Positions 17,996-27,987 of a stretch of 64,000 bases of DNA are shown here, in pieces. The notes under the pieces were generated by a model that was not told the DNA's origin, did not search any database, and saw only the letters and a list, made by a program, of their open reading frames with translations. Each line of letters begins with the position of its first letter. The stretch's first letter is position 1. This DNA comes from an uncultured Clostridia bacterium. Lineage in GTDB: Bacteria; Bacillota; Clostridia; Oscillospirales; Acutalibacteraceae. Position numbers and translations under genes: made by a program. The stretch spans positions 24,052 to 88,051 of the forward strand of contig CALEJD010000040.1 of the NCBI GenBank assembly GCA_937898195.1, read 5' to 3'.

Positions 17996-20992
17996 TTAAC
18001 CACACCTACTCCACCCACAAGACTTGCATATGTTACATCCACCTTCGTAGACAATCTTTGCTCCACATTCCGGGCATACTTCCCCATTTTCGCAACAATC
18101 AACTAACATATCTGGTGTTTCTTCATAAGGGAGACTCTCATGTTGGTAGTCCGTTTCTACACTATCCGAATCGTCAAATACCCTATTTTGAATTTTATCA
18201 TACAAGTCAAGCATGGCGTTTCCCAGCGCAGACGGACATGACGTTCCCTTGCTTGTATCATGCACCAGTTTTGTTCTATCGCAATATGCCTTGCATGGCT
18301 TGATAGACATGGCTTGGTCAATGATGGACTCAATAGGAATACCCCCACGCAGTGCAAGCGACATTAGCCTACTGATAAAGGTAAGGTTGCGCTCGCATCC
18401 ACCACCAGAGCCACATTCCACAAATGTCTCCATCGGTTCACCAGTAACTTCGTCAAAATCAAGGTGCATATATAACTTTCCGCAACCAGTTCTGATTGTT
18501 CGTTTTGCAGAAATTAAATCGTCACTTACATCCAGAATAATACCCCTTGGAATGTCTGTTGGCGTATCGTCGTTTTCTTTGTTACTGTCAGTAGACAAAA
18601 TGCCAACCCTTCTGCAACCATCCCTAAATACGGTGATGCCTTTCAGTCCAGCCTTCCACGCTTCCATATAAATTTTTTCCACTTCTTCTGGTGTGGTGTC
18701 ATTAGGAAGATTTATGGTCGAACTGATACTTGCGTCAACATACATCTGCCAAATGGATTGCATGTTGATTCTATCCATTGGGTGGATGGTGGAAGACGTG
18801 ACTACATACTTCGGTAATGCTCCGTCATCACTAATCCCCATTACTTCCATCAATTCCTTAATTGCCTTTGGGCGTTCTGTATACACCACATCTTCGCCAT
18901 GGAGTGATTTAGTTGTTCTCTGCCATGACGTAGCGTAGTAAGGCTCGATGCCGCCACTTACCTGTAGCATCGTTGACAATGTGCCAGTTGGTGCAATGGT
19001 AAGCAGTTGGGAGTTGCGAAGACCATCACGCATCACAAGGGCTTTGTATTTATCCATATCTTTCATTACGAAGTTGAAATATGTAGAGTCAAGCACCTTC
19101 TCGTTGAACTTTGGATATTCATCGTTTTCTCTTGCAAGGTCGGATGATACTATAATGGCAGTTTTTGCGATGGTCTGCGCTACCTTCCTACATACCTTTA
19201 GCGATGCTTCACTGCCATATTCAACACCAAGTTTAATTAACATATCGGCAATGCCGAATACGCCAAGCCCAATTTGCCGCCAATCTCTCACCGCTTCTCT
19301 CTGTATTTCAAGGGGATGGAGTGGCAATCCTTCATCAAGCACATCATTAAGTGCCTTAACCGCTATTGCGACAGTGTGCTGAAGTTTTTCAAAATCAATG
19401 TGCGATTCGCTAAATGGATTGTACGGATTTACCACAAATTCAGATAGGTTGATGCTACCAAGTAGACAAGACCCACCTGCTGGCAGTGGTTCCTCTGCAC
19501 AGTTATGCACAATCATGTCGTTTGCTACGAAATTGTGATATTTTTCTACCGCAATATCATATACGTCTTCTGTTTCTGAATTCCAGCGTACTTCTTTAAC
19601 ATACCAATTATTACCAACTTGCTTACCTTGGTTTTTATTTAAACGCTTCGCCTTATTTTTTTTAGGCAGAAACCTTCCGTTTCTGGAGTCCCTATTATAT
19701 TCAATAGTTCTTCCCGTGTTGGTAATTTTAGAATGTTCAGAATGACTTAACGCTTTAAGATTCCCAACTCTATTGTTAAATGTGTCTCCATCAACATGAT
19801 GAACATCTAAACCAGTAATATCTTCGTAGTATCCCAATACAAATCTATGCTCTGGCACATATTTTGTTCCACTTAAACCTACAGAAACATGACTCTCTCC
19901 CTTCATTTGACGATTCAAGCCTTTGATTTTGTCGCCCTTCTTGAGTGATTTTGCTTCTACCCACCCACGATTGGTGGTAAAAATCAAGTGGTCTGGGGTA
20001 CAAGTAATATTCCCCTTACCTGTAATTACAGTTATTGTTTGAGCGTCTTTTCGTGTACACCAAATTTTCTTTGCTCTACCAATAGTTAATTCACCATCAG
20101 AATTCATGCAATACACATCTGGTTGTAATCCTACCAAGTCCTTAATGGGTATATTGCCATCCGTGGTTTGAATTAATGTATTGCCAGATAAGCAGGGATT
20201 TGTACCTGCGTATTCAAATTCATCATCTTCGCTCAACAAATTCCAAGCATTAATCCTATCCCAAAACAGAACTCCCGGTTCACCCATATCCCAATTATTA
20301 TACGCAAGTTTTTTAAATAACCTTCTTGCATTAACCGTTTTCGTAATGGTTTGGTTGACTTCGGGGCGTTCGTAAGACAGGGTGATATCTTCGTTTCGCT
20401 CAACCGCTTCCATGAACGCATCTGTAACACGCACAGAAATGTTAGCCGTTGTTACCTTATCCAAATCGGATTTAATATCAATGAACTCTTCGATGTCGGG
20501 ATGGTCGCAAGCAATAGAAATCATAAGAGCACCCCTACGCCCATTTTGTCCAATTAGGCTTGTGGTCATTCCGTATAAATCCATAAAGGACACCGCACCA
20601 GAAGTCTCTTTTGCTGTGTTGTTGACCCTTGCTCCCTTCGGTGCAAGATTTGAAATATCAATCCCAACACCGCCACCATAAGAAAAAGTTCTTGCCAGTT
20701 TACTTGCTGTATCATAAATAGATTCAATACTATCTTGTGGGGGCGTCAATACATAGCAGTTACTGTAGGTAACTTTTATTCCTTCTTTATATAGCCCACG
20801 ATTAGCAAGAATTCTTCCACCAAAAATAAATCTCTTGGCTTCAATTTCTGAACGCACAGATTCATCGCCACCACTTACTCTGTCAAGCCATTCATCAAAT
20901 GACTCGTTATTGTGTCTATACTTCTTTTCCCAGATGTCAATGCCGATTTCGTTGTCTTTTCCGAGCCATTTTACGACTTTTTCATCAACCAT
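17996..20992 (-). CDS. nrdJ: adenosylcobalamin-dependent (class II) ribonucleotide reductase, intein-containing
   Basis: Motifs FIFGGRILAN, YSNCYV, catalytic GTNPC...AEEPLP split by the intein, and a C-terminal CPECG...CNICKSCGWSRCG Zn ribbon. Confidence 0.85.
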   Translation of the reverse strand: MVDEKVVKWLGKDNEIGIDIWEKKYRHNNESFDEWLDRVSGGDESVRSEIEAKRFIFGGRILANRGLYKEGIKVTYSNCYVLTPPQDSIESIYDTASKLARTFSYGGGVGIDISNLAPKGARVNNTAKETSGAVSFMDLYGMTTSLIGQNGRRGALMISIACDHPDIEEFIDIKSDLDKVTTANISVRVTDAFMEAVERNEDITLSYERPEVNQTITKTVNARRLFKKLAYNNWDMGEPGVLFWDRINAWNLLSEDDEFEYAGTNPCLSGNTLIQTTDGNIPIKDLVGLQPDVYCMNSDGELTIGRAKKIWCTRKDAQTITVITGKGNITCTPDHLIFTTNRGWVEAKSLKKGDKIKGLNRQMKGESHVSVGLSGTKYVPEHRFVLGYYEDITGLDVHHVDGDTFNNRVGNLKALSHSEHSKITNTGRTIEYNRDSRNGRFLPKKNKAKRLNKNQGKQVGNNWYVKEVRWNSETEDVYDIAVEKYHNFVANDMIVHNCAEEPLPAGGSCLLGSINLSEFVVNPYNPFSESHIDFEKLQHTVAIAVKALNDVLDEGLPLHPLEIQREAVRDWRQIGLGVFGIADMLIKLGVEYGSEASLKVCRKVAQTIAKTAIIVSSDLARENDEYPKFNEKVLDSTYFNFVMKDMDKYKALVMRDGLRNSQLLTIAPTGTLSTMLQVSGGIEPYYATSWQRTTKSLHGEDVVYTERPKAIKELMEVMGISDDGALPKYVVTSSTIHPMDRINMQSIWQMYVDASISSTINLPNDTTPEEVEKIYMEAWKAGLKGITVFRDGCRRVGILSTDSNKENDDTPTDIPRGIILDVSDDLISAKRTIRTGCGKLYMHLDFDEVTGEPMETFVECGSGGGCERNLTFISRLMSLALRGGIPIESIIDQAMSIKPCKAYCDRTKLVHDTSKGTSCPSALGNAMLDLYDKIQNRVFDDSDSVETDYQHESLPYEETPDMLVDCCENGEVCPECGAKIVYEGGCNICKSCGWSRCG
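19502..20194 (-). mobile_element. 231-aa intein with an HNH homing-endonuclease domain
   Basis: Starts with Cys (CLSGNTLIQT) and has a TPDH block B; HNH motif HHVDGDTFNNRVGNLKALSHSEH; ends IVHN followed by Cys +1; removing it restores TNP-CAEEPLPAGGSC. Confidence 0.85.
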
Positions 20993-21152
20993 GCAATCCT
21001 CCTACTACATAAAATCCAATTCCAGAAAACGTCATCAACAGTGCCGTAATTCCACAAGGAACATAGTATTCCTTATACTCATTATACAACACATCAATGG
21101 CGCACTGAATAGCCAAAAAAGTCATAAGTGCTCCAATGTTCATAAGTACCAT
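20985..21152 (-). CDS. 55-aa small membrane protein
   Basis: SD AAGGAG 8 nt before the ATG; two hydrophobic segments; stop overlaps the nrdJ start (ATGGTTGA). Confidence 0.45.
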   Translation of the reverse strand: MVLMNIGALMTFLAIQCAIDVLYNEYKEYYVPCGITALLMTFSGIGFYVVGGLHG

Positions 21153-21214
21153 TTTGTCTTCTCCTTTTGTTTCTTTTGTTACGTTACTTTCTATTATTTC
21201 TTTTGACTACTTAT

Positions 21215-21243
21215 ATTATACCACTTATATATTATTCTGTCAA
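21215..21243 (-). promoter_or_regulatory. consensus sigma-A-type promoter (leftward)
   Basis: TTGACA-17 nt-TATAAT with TGG before the -10. Confidence 0.65.
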
Positions 21244-23481
21244 GGCTAAAAACTCATATAGCCTTGTATTTCTATTATCATCACCAGTTCTGCTAATGGC
21301 TTCCCTAATTACATTTGGGTCGCCAATTTCAATTAATCTATCTGTCATTCTCGTTTGACTTGTATAAAGCAGTTGCCTATTCCATACACGCTCATGCGCA
21401 CCAATAATGACATTGATAATATATCTACATTGACTACCTTGGAACTTATAGGGATTTGAACTATACGAAAGATGTAGGTTATTAATATCTTTAGTGGTAT
21501 AAATGAAGTTTTCGCCTTCAATTTCTACCACTAACATATTGCCGTTGACCACACCACTTTCTTTTCTCGCATCAATTACCTTTCCTACTTGACCATTATA
21601 TACGGCACTTTTTTTCGCATCGTCGAGTGAAAAAGAATCGTCCCAAGAAATCTCTTCATATCCATCAAGTGTAACGGCATTATAATTGTTCTTAACATTC
21701 ATTACAAGGTCGCCTTTGTGAATTAAAACCGTAGTGTCGTTGTGCTTCGTCTTCATTTCAATATCACCACGACCAAGCGGATTAATTTCGGCTTGGATAA
21801 GATTGTTTAGTTTAATTGTTCCGTAGGCTCCAATATTGTATGGCACGAGAAGCATAATGTCTTTAGGACTAACTCCATCTTCTACAAGACACATATATAC
21901 ATCAACAATTTGTTCAATATCACCATTAAATGGGATGAACGTATAGTCACCTTTTTCTCCCATAGTAATTGGCTTACCATCTTCGACTTGTTCTTTGGTC
22001 AAATACATCTTCCCTTGTCTGGTTAATGCAGATACATAACTCGCACCACCTTCTTCAAATCGAAAACATTTTGTTAGGGTATACTTTGGAATCATGCCGC
22101 TTCTACCCATATCTTTGAATATCCTACCAAGACCAATAGAAGGTATTTGTGCAGAATCTCCAACAAATACATACCTATGTGATTGGTAGTTGTCGCCTAC
22201 AGCATAAAATATCATTTGGAGAAGTGACACGGACAACATAGATGATTCATCAATGATAATTGCGTCTACATCGACAAGCCCGCTACCCATAACCGCTCTA
22301 TGGATTGTGCTTGCAGGTCTGCCAGTTTGTTCTGATAATCTGCTTGCGGCTTTTCCAGTTGGAGACATCATACAGTATGTCATATCGTTATCTTCAATCA
22401 TTTGAATCAATGCCATTAATGACGATGTTTTTCCTGTGCCACTTGGGGCATCAAGCATGATAATATTATGCTCACAGAATCCACGCAATACGTTCTTTTG
22501 TTCCTGCGTTAGTTCCCCATCTTTAATTTTAGTGTACTTCTTAAAATCCCAATCGGTAAGTGGAGTTGAAGCCACACGGATTTCTTTTATAGTTTCTGCA
22601 CAAAACAATTCCGCACGATATGTCGATTCTCTTTGAATTATATTTTTATCTTCTTCGTAATGAATCAATTCAGAATCTATTGCAACATCTTTAATCAGTG
22701 GGAGAATGTCTGCGTCAATACTATAGATATAATCACCAAGTCGCACAGCGTCTACATAAGTTGAGCCGTCTTCTTCAAACCTTTGAATAGCATAATCCAA
22801 CATATATTCAATGCGCCTATTTGACTCTTTTAGGGTTTTGTCGTGGCTTAATATGCAAACATCTGCACTACGAAATCCACGATGACATACAGATATGAGT
22901 GCATAATATGGGTCGTCATATATAAGTTCAATAGCATTTTCCATATCTCCGCACTCGTTCATAAGGTTGTTGCACTCTTCTACCGATAGAGCGAATGGCT
23001 CACATTTTTTACGAAGAAGGAACGTATTATATTTTCTCCCAACCTTTCGTACATATTGTTCAAATCTTTTGTTGGATACGTTATAGATTTTATCTACATC
23101 AATCTTATCCTTGTTGCCGCTTAAAATAAGACGAACAAAATCTGGATACGCATCATGCACATATTGCGCTTGACTCTCCGACATAATTTCTGTCAGAAGT
23201 TCGTAATCCATATCGTTGGTAATATCCTTAATGTCATCAAAAGATAGCGCAGGAATATCCACCAATAGATACGTTGTGCCGTATTGCGTTGGCGGTAGTT
23301 CCTTTAACTCCAATTCATATTTTTTATTTACCGTCAGTCGATGCTGTGTGTCCTTCACAGCAATGGTATGGTAGCGTGGATTGATGGCAAGATTATCGTA
23401 CTCACCAATAGGTATACATGCTATGAGTTGAAATTTATCATTCCGATGTATTGTTCTTATTGCTTCACAGTTTACTATCAT
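21232..23481 (-). CDS. SF1 RecD/Dda-like DNA helicase
   Basis: Walker A DAPSGTGKTSS and Walker B IIIDESSM; C-terminal SF1 motifs (YSSNPYKFQGSQCRYI, LLYTSQTR). Confidence 0.8.
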   Translation of the reverse strand: MIVNCEAIRTIHRNDKFQLIACIPIGEYDNLAINPRYHTIAVKDTQHRLTVNKKYELELKELPPTQYGTTYLLVDIPALSFDDIKDITNDMDYELLTEIMSESQAQYVHDAYPDFVRLILSGNKDKIDVDKIYNVSNKRFEQYVRKVGRKYNTFLLRKKCEPFALSVEECNNLMNECGDMENAIELIYDDPYYALISVCHRGFRSADVCILSHDKTLKESNRRIEYMLDYAIQRFEEDGSTYVDAVRLGDYIYSIDADILPLIKDVAIDSELIHYEEDKNIIQRESTYRAELFCAETIKEIRVASTPLTDWDFKKYTKIKDGELTQEQKNVLRGFCEHNIIMLDAPSGTGKTSSLMALIQMIEDNDMTYCMMSPTGKAASRLSEQTGRPASTIHRAVMGSGLVDVDAIIIDESSMLSVSLLQMIFYAVGDNYQSHRYVFVGDSAQIPSIGLGRIFKDMGRSGMIPKYTLTKCFRFEEGGASYVSALTRQGKMYLTKEQVEDGKPITMGEKGDYTFIPFNGDIEQIVDVYMCLVEDGVSPKDIMLLVPYNIGAYGTIKLNNLIQAEINPLGRGDIEMKTKHNDTTVLIHKGDLVMNVKNNYNAVTLDGYEEISWDDSFSLDDAKKSAVYNGQVGKVIDARKESGVVNGNMLVVEIEGENFIYTTKDINNLHLSYSSNPYKFQGSQCRYIINVIIGAHERVWNRQLLYTSQTRMTDRLIEIGDPNVIREAISRTGDDNRNTRLYEFLALTE

Positions 23482-23777
23482 TCTTCTTCCAATTCAGTTA
23501 GTTTATAGTCGCACCACGCACTAATCCAATTTTCCACTGCTTCGCTTGGATGCTCGTTTACCCACCGCATACCAATAGAACGAAGTTCAAAACACGGCTC
23601 TTTGTCATCGTAGATTAAATTTGCTACGGAATAACAATATTCTTTTGGTTCGTCATATTCATTCTTTGTCCATTTAACAACATCAAATTGAATTGGTGTA
23701 TTTTCTGGCGACTCTCCAAAGTAGTTAATATCACGAATTTGAAATCCGTGGAATCTATCTGTATACTCTCTCAACAT
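23478..23777 (-). CDS. hypothetical protein
   Basis: Overlapping start/stop within the operon. Confidence 0.6.
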   Translation of the reverse strand: MLREYTDRFHGFQIRDINYFGESPENTPIQFDVVKWTKNEYDEPKEYCYSVANLIYDDKEPCFELRSIGMRWVNEHPSEAVENWISAWCDYKLTELEEE

Positions 23778-24097
23778 TCATCCCACCTTTCGTAATAATC
23801 ATATTCTTCCGGGTTCCAAAATTTCTCCATCCAATTTTCAATTTCTTCGATGTTCTCCCATCCATTGAGCCATGTGATGTTTATGGCGTTGTGAGTCCCC
23901 TTCTGGTAGAGTTGAGTCTCCGCTTCATATCGTGGTTCATCGAAGTGTTTGTGTATACACTTTTTTACATCAATATAATACTTCTTTCCAACATTGTCAT
24001 CAAATCGCTTCTGGAAAAGCGTTTCTACAAAATCTCCCCAGATAGAGGGTGGTGTAAATTTTTTATATCCAGCGTTGATTAATTTTTCATCATTCAT
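23771..24097 (-). CDS. hypothetical protein
   Basis: Lies within the operon. Confidence 0.6.
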   Translation of the reverse strand: MNDEKLINAGYKKFTPPSIWGDFVETLFQKRFDDNVGKKYYIDVKKCIHKHFDEPRYEAETQLYQKGTHNAINITWLNGWENIEEIENWMEKFWNPEEYDYYERWDEC

Positions 24098-24099
24098 AA

Positions 24100-24291
24100 C
24101 TATTCTCCAATCTTTTGGTTTATCAGATTCTTATAAGCAAGAATCATAGCGTAGCCACCACGCAAGTTTTCTTCTTGAATGATTCTAAATGTCTCTCTGA
24201 TTAATTCGGTCAACGCATCTACTCTTCCTTTAACATATCCATGCTTATATGCTTCAGTTCCTTCATATGAATGTTTTGCTCTATCTGCCAT
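24100..24291 (-). CDS. hypothetical protein
   Basis: Lies within the operon. Confidence 0.55.
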   Translation of the reverse strand: MADRAKHSYEGTEAYKHGYVKGRVDALTELIRETFRIIQEENLRGGYAMILAYKNLINQKIGE

Positions 24292-24820
24292 GTAAATATC
24301 TCCAATCTCTATATTTATATTTTATATCTCTAAACCATGTCTTAATTCTAAACCAAGGCGTTCCATAATAATCAATAATATGCGTCTTCTTGTAGTAACC
24401 GATATCTACGCCATAACCAAACGCCACCTTATATTTGTGTCCACGATATTTCATTTTGCAGATGTAATAGTTGTGCCCACGTCTTTTCTTGACCTTGATA
24501 TCGCAAAGGTCATCGCCAACATAGAACCAATCGTGCCAATATTTCCACTTGACGAATTTTTCACAGCCGAAGTATACTCTACCTTCGTCTCCCTTATGCC
24601 ACGGAAATTCCTTGCAATAAATAGTCATGACATACTTATAGAATCCAATGGTCAAATCTTCGTCACCAATATATGCGAATTGGTTGTTGTTGAGTCTCCC
24701 GCAATACAGTTCTTCGTCTTTGTCAGACCATCCAACCATCTTCTCCATATCTTCAAACATTTCGGTCTGAATCAGTTTGCCATCCTTCCATGCGATGGCT
24801 CCATAGTCAATCATAGCCAT
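24281..24820 (-). CDS. hypothetical protein
   Basis: First gene downstream of the promoter at 24845..24873; SD AAGGAG. Confidence 0.6.
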   Translation of the reverse strand: MAMIDYGAIAWKDGKLIQTEMFEDMEKMVGWSDKDEELYCGRLNNNQFAYIGDEDLTIGFYKYVMTIYCKEFPWHKGDEGRVYFGCEKFVKWKYWHDWFYVGDDLCDIKVKKRRGHNYYICKMKYRGHKYKVAFGYGVDIGYYKKTHIIDYYGTPWFRIKTWFRDIKYKYRDWRYLHGR

Positions 24821-24844
24821 TTCTTTTATCTCCTTTCTTTATAT

Positions 24845-24873
24845 ATTATACCACATATATAAAGAAAAGTCAA
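24845..24873 (-). promoter_or_regulatory. consensus promoter (leftward)
   Basis: TTGACT-17 nt-TATAAT with TGG. Confidence 0.65.
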
Positions 24874-24875
24874 TA

Positions 24876-25061
24876 TTAATTTGACTTACTTCTTAATTCA
24901 TCCAATATTTTCTGCGCAATCCTTCGGTCTATCTCATTGATGTCTTCGCTATTAGCCAATAGTTGCAAGCCGTGCTTTATATTCATCAATTCAGTTATGT
25001 TTGTTTCCATTCGTGCACCACTGATGTACTCACCATCATGGTATATAAACTTGAACTTCAT
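24876..25061 (-). CDS. hypothetical protein
   Basis: 61-aa ORF; weak SD. Confidence 0.45.
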   Translation of the reverse strand: MKFKFIYHDGEYISGARMETNITELMNIKHGLQLLANSEDINEIDRRIAQKILDELRSKSN

Positions 25062-25129
25062 TTAATTACCTATCTATTTCCATCAACTTTCACATCTGAA
25101 ACTGTTTTTTCCTATCATTTTTTCTATAC

Positions 25130-25393
25130 TCATTCTTCCCTCCGTTCTCCGTGGTGGCAGAAGCCTTGTATGTACACTGCCCTGTCCATTTCATCGCAGT
25201 ATACCGACTCCGGCACAAGGGATTCGCTTGCGTTTTTGCAATCCTTACACCTAACCACTTCCCGGAGAGGGCACCAATCTGGTTTTGCGTCACTGTCCTC
25301 TTTTTGTAGTTCTTCGACCATGCAGAATCCACAAACATCGAACTTGCAATAATAGCAAGTCTTCGGCATTGGCATATCAATCAGTATTGCCAT
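25130..25393 (-). CDS. Cys-rich small protein (AILIDMxMPxTC...CPLREV type)
   Basis: ATG 25393 after GGGAG; paralog of 38094..38399; ends FCHHGERREE like the 27186 gene. Confidence 0.6.
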   Translation of the reverse strand: MAILIDMPMPKTCYYCKFDVCGFCMVEELQKEDSDAKPDWCPLREVVRCKDCKNASESLVPESVYCDEMDRAVYIQGFCHHGERREE

Positions 25394-25721
25394 CACTTAC
25401 TCCCCTCGTCCTTGCTCCCACAATCTTGCATCCACACTGTGGGCAATACTTACTTCCTGCCCAGTTCATCGGATTGCTACCTATGCCTTTGTCTGCAATA
25501 CCTATATGTGTTGCAACGTATCCGCACTCGGAACATCGCCACGCAGGAATGTTCCAGTCCATGCCGTTCGGGTCATACTCCCACTCGCCTTTAGGTCTAT
25601 CGCCATAATCTCCGTAAGCAAAATATTCAATGATATCCGTTATTTTTGGCTCAAATATCTTTGGCATCATTGGATGTCTTCTTAATTCCACTAATTCGCC
25701 TATCATTCCTTCATACGTCAT
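25377..25721 (-). CDS. Zn-ribbon protein (PKGEW...CSECG...CPQCG)
   Basis: Member of the tandem Zn-ribbon family. Confidence 0.65.
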   Translation of the reverse strand: MTYEGMIGELVELRRHPMMPKIFEPKITDIIEYFAYGDYGDRPKGEWEYDPNGMDWNIPAWRCSECGYVATHIGIADKGIGSNPMNWAGSKYCPQCGCKIVGARTRGVSDGNTD

Positions 25722-25971
25722 GTTTTTTACCTCTCATATCAGCACCGCAGTTGGGGCAGAAATTTGCCGTGTACGAACTCGTTATTTTTTTGCAATTCGT
25801 ACAGCGGTAATCTTCATTAACAGTAATTTGCCACTCCCCCTTTGGTGGCTGTTCTCGCACGTCTGCCTTGAATTGTGCTTCTACTCCAGTTTTCCAACCT
25901 TTTATAAATGCTTCAGAATAATATCCTTCGTTATCAATATTTAATCGTAGTTTTTTCACTTTATTTTTCAC
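25711..25971 (-). CDS. Zn-ribbon protein ending CPNCGADMRGK
   Basis: PKGEW motif; CTNC...CPNCG ribbon. Confidence 0.65.
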   Translation of the reverse strand: MKNKVKKLRLNIDNEGYYSEAFIKGWKTGVEAQFKADVREQPPKGEWQITVNEDYRCTNCKKITSSYTANFCPNCGADMRGKKHDV

Positions 25972-26260
25972 CTCTCATATATGCTCCGCAGTTGGGGCAG
26001 TATTTGAATTCTGATAACTCCATGCTCCCACACTCGGAACAGGTGTATGTTGTTATTAGGCATAACTCATCTGCATATCCTTTGTTCCACTCCCCTTGCG
26101 GTCTATTTATGTCAATTGTTGGTGCTTCATCAATTTCCATCATTAATGACACAACTATATCTGTTTCAAAAGGGTACTCTTTTTCCTCTCTTCCACAAGG
26201 GTCGGAAGGCATCCACTCAAGCACCTTGCGTTTCAATGCAGTTGCATCAATCAATCTCAT
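25961..26260 (-). CDS. Zn-ribbon protein ending CPNCGAYMRGEK
   Basis: PQGEW motif; CSECG...CPNCG ribbon. Confidence 0.65.
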   Translation of the reverse strand: MRLIDATALKRKVLEWMPSDPCGREEKEYPFETDIVVSLMMEIDEAPTIDINRPQGEWNKGYADELCLITTYTCSECGSMELSEFKYCPNCGAYMRGEK

Positions 26261-26754
26261 TCATCCTCACCGCCTCTCATCTTCGCTCCGCACTCTGTAC
26301 ACCAATTCCTTGCATCCGCAAAGTCAAAAACCTCTCCGCACTTTGAACATCTGACAGCATCAACATCGTCTGGGTATGTTGCCGTTTCCCATTCAATGTG
26401 TGTATTTGGGAAATCGACATCATTAGTCCTGTAAACTTTCTTTACAGGAATCCACACACCACTCTCTCGCTCGTTCTTGCCTTTTGTGTAGCCATACAAA
26501 AGCATTTCCTTGCAATCTTCTTTTGCTCTCTGTGTTAGTTCTCCACCATCTGCTTCTGCATAGTATTCCCACACATCATCTGCTTCTGCTGATAGCCATT
26601 CTCTAAACTTGACATACATATCCTCTCGCTCTGACGGGATAGACATAAGGATTTTTACGGCACTCTTTGTGTCAACGTAACCATAAGCACCGTCTTGATT
26701 TGCTTCTTTGACTATCGCTTCTATCGCCGCCTGTCTGCTGATTAAGTCACTCAT
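26257..26754 (-). CDS. Zn-ribbon protein (LISRQAAIEAI N-terminus) ending CTECGAKMRGGEDE
   Basis: Family motifs; ATGA overlap with the neighbour. Confidence 0.65.
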   Translation of the reverse strand: MSDLISRQAAIEAIVKEANQDGAYGYVDTKSAVKILMSIPSEREDMYVKFREWLSAEADDVWEYYAEADGGELTQRAKEDCKEMLLYGYTKGKNERESGVWIPVKKVYRTNDVDFPNTHIEWETATYPDDVDAVRCSKCGEVFDFADARNWCTECGAKMRGGEDE

Positions 26755-26997
26755 TTACTCACCTCTCATCTTCGCTCCGCAGTTCGGGCAGTAGTTGTCC
26801 ACAATCCTAATGGCATGACAAACTGAACATTCTCCATGAACGTGTCCTTCCACGGTGTTTGGAATGAGTTCTTCGTGTAGCCACTCGCCACTCTCTCGCT
26901 CTGCATCCAATGCTTGTATTGCCATGTCAATAGCTTCGTCATATTCATCATCACACATTAGCTCACGAAGCAAGTCTTTTGCTTTTTCCCTTGTCAT
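26755..26997 (-). CDS. Zn-ribbon protein ending CPNCGAKMRGE
   Basis: N-terminus MTREKAK..AIDMAIQAL is paralogous to the 27186 gene; SGEW motif. Confidence 0.65.
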   Translation of the reverse strand: MTREKAKDLLRELMCDDEYDEAIDMAIQALDAERESGEWLHEELIPNTVEGHVHGECSVCHAIRIVDNYCPNCGAKMRGE

Positions 26998-27000
26998 TAT

Positions 27001-27219
27001 TTATCCTTTCAATATGTCCTTCTCTGCTATCCCCTCTACGTGTTGTTTGTTGCTTTGACCATCTTCAACAAAAAAGCAATCTTTAATGATTAAACCGTAG
27101 GTTATTCCGTGGTCTTTATCAATGCAGATGTGCTCTATCTCTGCCTTTACTAATACACTCTCTCCGACTTCAAACTTTGTTGTAATCACTCTTCTTTTCT
27201 TTCCGCCCTTGAACACCAT
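27001..27219 (-). CDS. hypothetical protein (start uncertain; GTG 27189 would remove the overlap)
   Basis: ORF within the operon. Confidence 0.5.
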   Translation of the reverse strand: MVFKGGKKRRVITTKFEVGESVLVKAEIEHICIDKDHGITYGLIIKDCFFVEDGQSNKQHVEGIAEKDILKG

Positions 27220-27443
27220 TCAATAGGATTTGCACTATGTTCGCTATAACCAAGTCTGACTTTCGTATAAGAAACTGCTTGGTAGCAATAATCTTGATGT
27301 ATACACTCATTACAGTATATTGGCTCTGCCGATAGTGCTTCTATTGCCATATCTATGGCTGTATCCATGCTCGGAAAAATATTTGCTTCTTTTAATTTAA
27401 TCTTTGCGTACAACATTTCTTTTATTGCTTCTTCCCTTGTCAT
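27186..27443 (-). CDS. Cys-rich small protein (MTREEAIK..AIDMAIEAL) ending CSRAERKEE
   Basis: Paralogous N-terminus to 26755..26997. Confidence 0.6.
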   Translation of the reverse strand: MTREEAIKEMLYAKIKLKEANIFPSMDTAIDMAIEALSAEPIYCNECIHQDYCYQAVSYTKVRLGYSEHSANPIEWCSRAERKEE

Positions 27444-27604
27444 TCTGAATCACCTTCCTCAAACCATATCTCTACGAATTGATTTGCCCATTCTGATAGT
27501 TCTTGTTCCATTTCTTCTTCCGTATAGTCGTCGGGAAACTCAAAATCTTCTTCGTATGTTGCATCTGGGAAACCAAAACTACACTTCCCCGTCCTTTTAA
27601 TCAT
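27440..27604 (-). CDS. 54-aa acidic protein (below the ORF-track size cut-off)
   Basis: ATGA overlaps at both ends; SD GGTGA 6 nt upstream. Confidence 0.55.
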   Translation of the reverse strand: MIKRTGKCSFGFPDATYEEDFEFPDDYTEEEMEQELSEWANQFVEIWFEEGDSE

Positions 27605-27987
27605 TCCGTATCACCGCCCATCTTCTGTATCAGTTCTGTCACTACCGCTTCGTGCATATCATTTGCGCTGTTGTCAATTTGTGGATATGTCACACACAAT
27701 TCTTCCCATGTTTCAGCGAACAACCCCCACGGCGATTCAAACTCAATAATCTTGGTTACATCAGCATCCCAATACCCATATTCAAACGTCGCCTTGAAAG
27801 CCATTGTTTCAAACCACCGATTAACACCTATGGTTTCCATTCTGCCATTAGGTGATTCGTATGCTCCAACAGTTGACACGACAACCTTTTTCTCGCCACA
27901 TTCAAGCAACGTATTTCGTCTAAAACGGCATCTATGCCCACCGATAAAGTGCCCTACCCATCCTCGTTCTGTTCTCTTTACGCTCAT
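27601..27987 (-). CDS. hypothetical protein (GWVGHFIGGHRCRFRRNTLL motif)
   Basis: SD GGTGA; lies within the operon. Confidence 0.6.
   Translation of the reverse strand: MSVKRTERGWVGHFIGGHRCRFRRNTLLECGEKKVVVSTVGAYESPNGRMETIGVNRWFETMAFKATFEYGYWDADVTKIIEFESPWGLFAETWEELCVTYPQIDNSANDMHEAVVTELIQKMGGDTE

Noticed and set aside
18213-18671. Antisense ORFs inside large genes (for example 18213-18671, 18948-19382, 27503-28150, 24380-24862)
   Set aside because: They lie opposite well-supported genes (nrdJ, the Zn-ribbon cluster), lack SD sites and have biased antisense-type composition.
25090-25380. Alternative-frame ORF overlapping 25130-25393
   Set aside because: The other frame encodes a protein with a clear paralog (38094-38399) and a good SD. 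This frame has neither.
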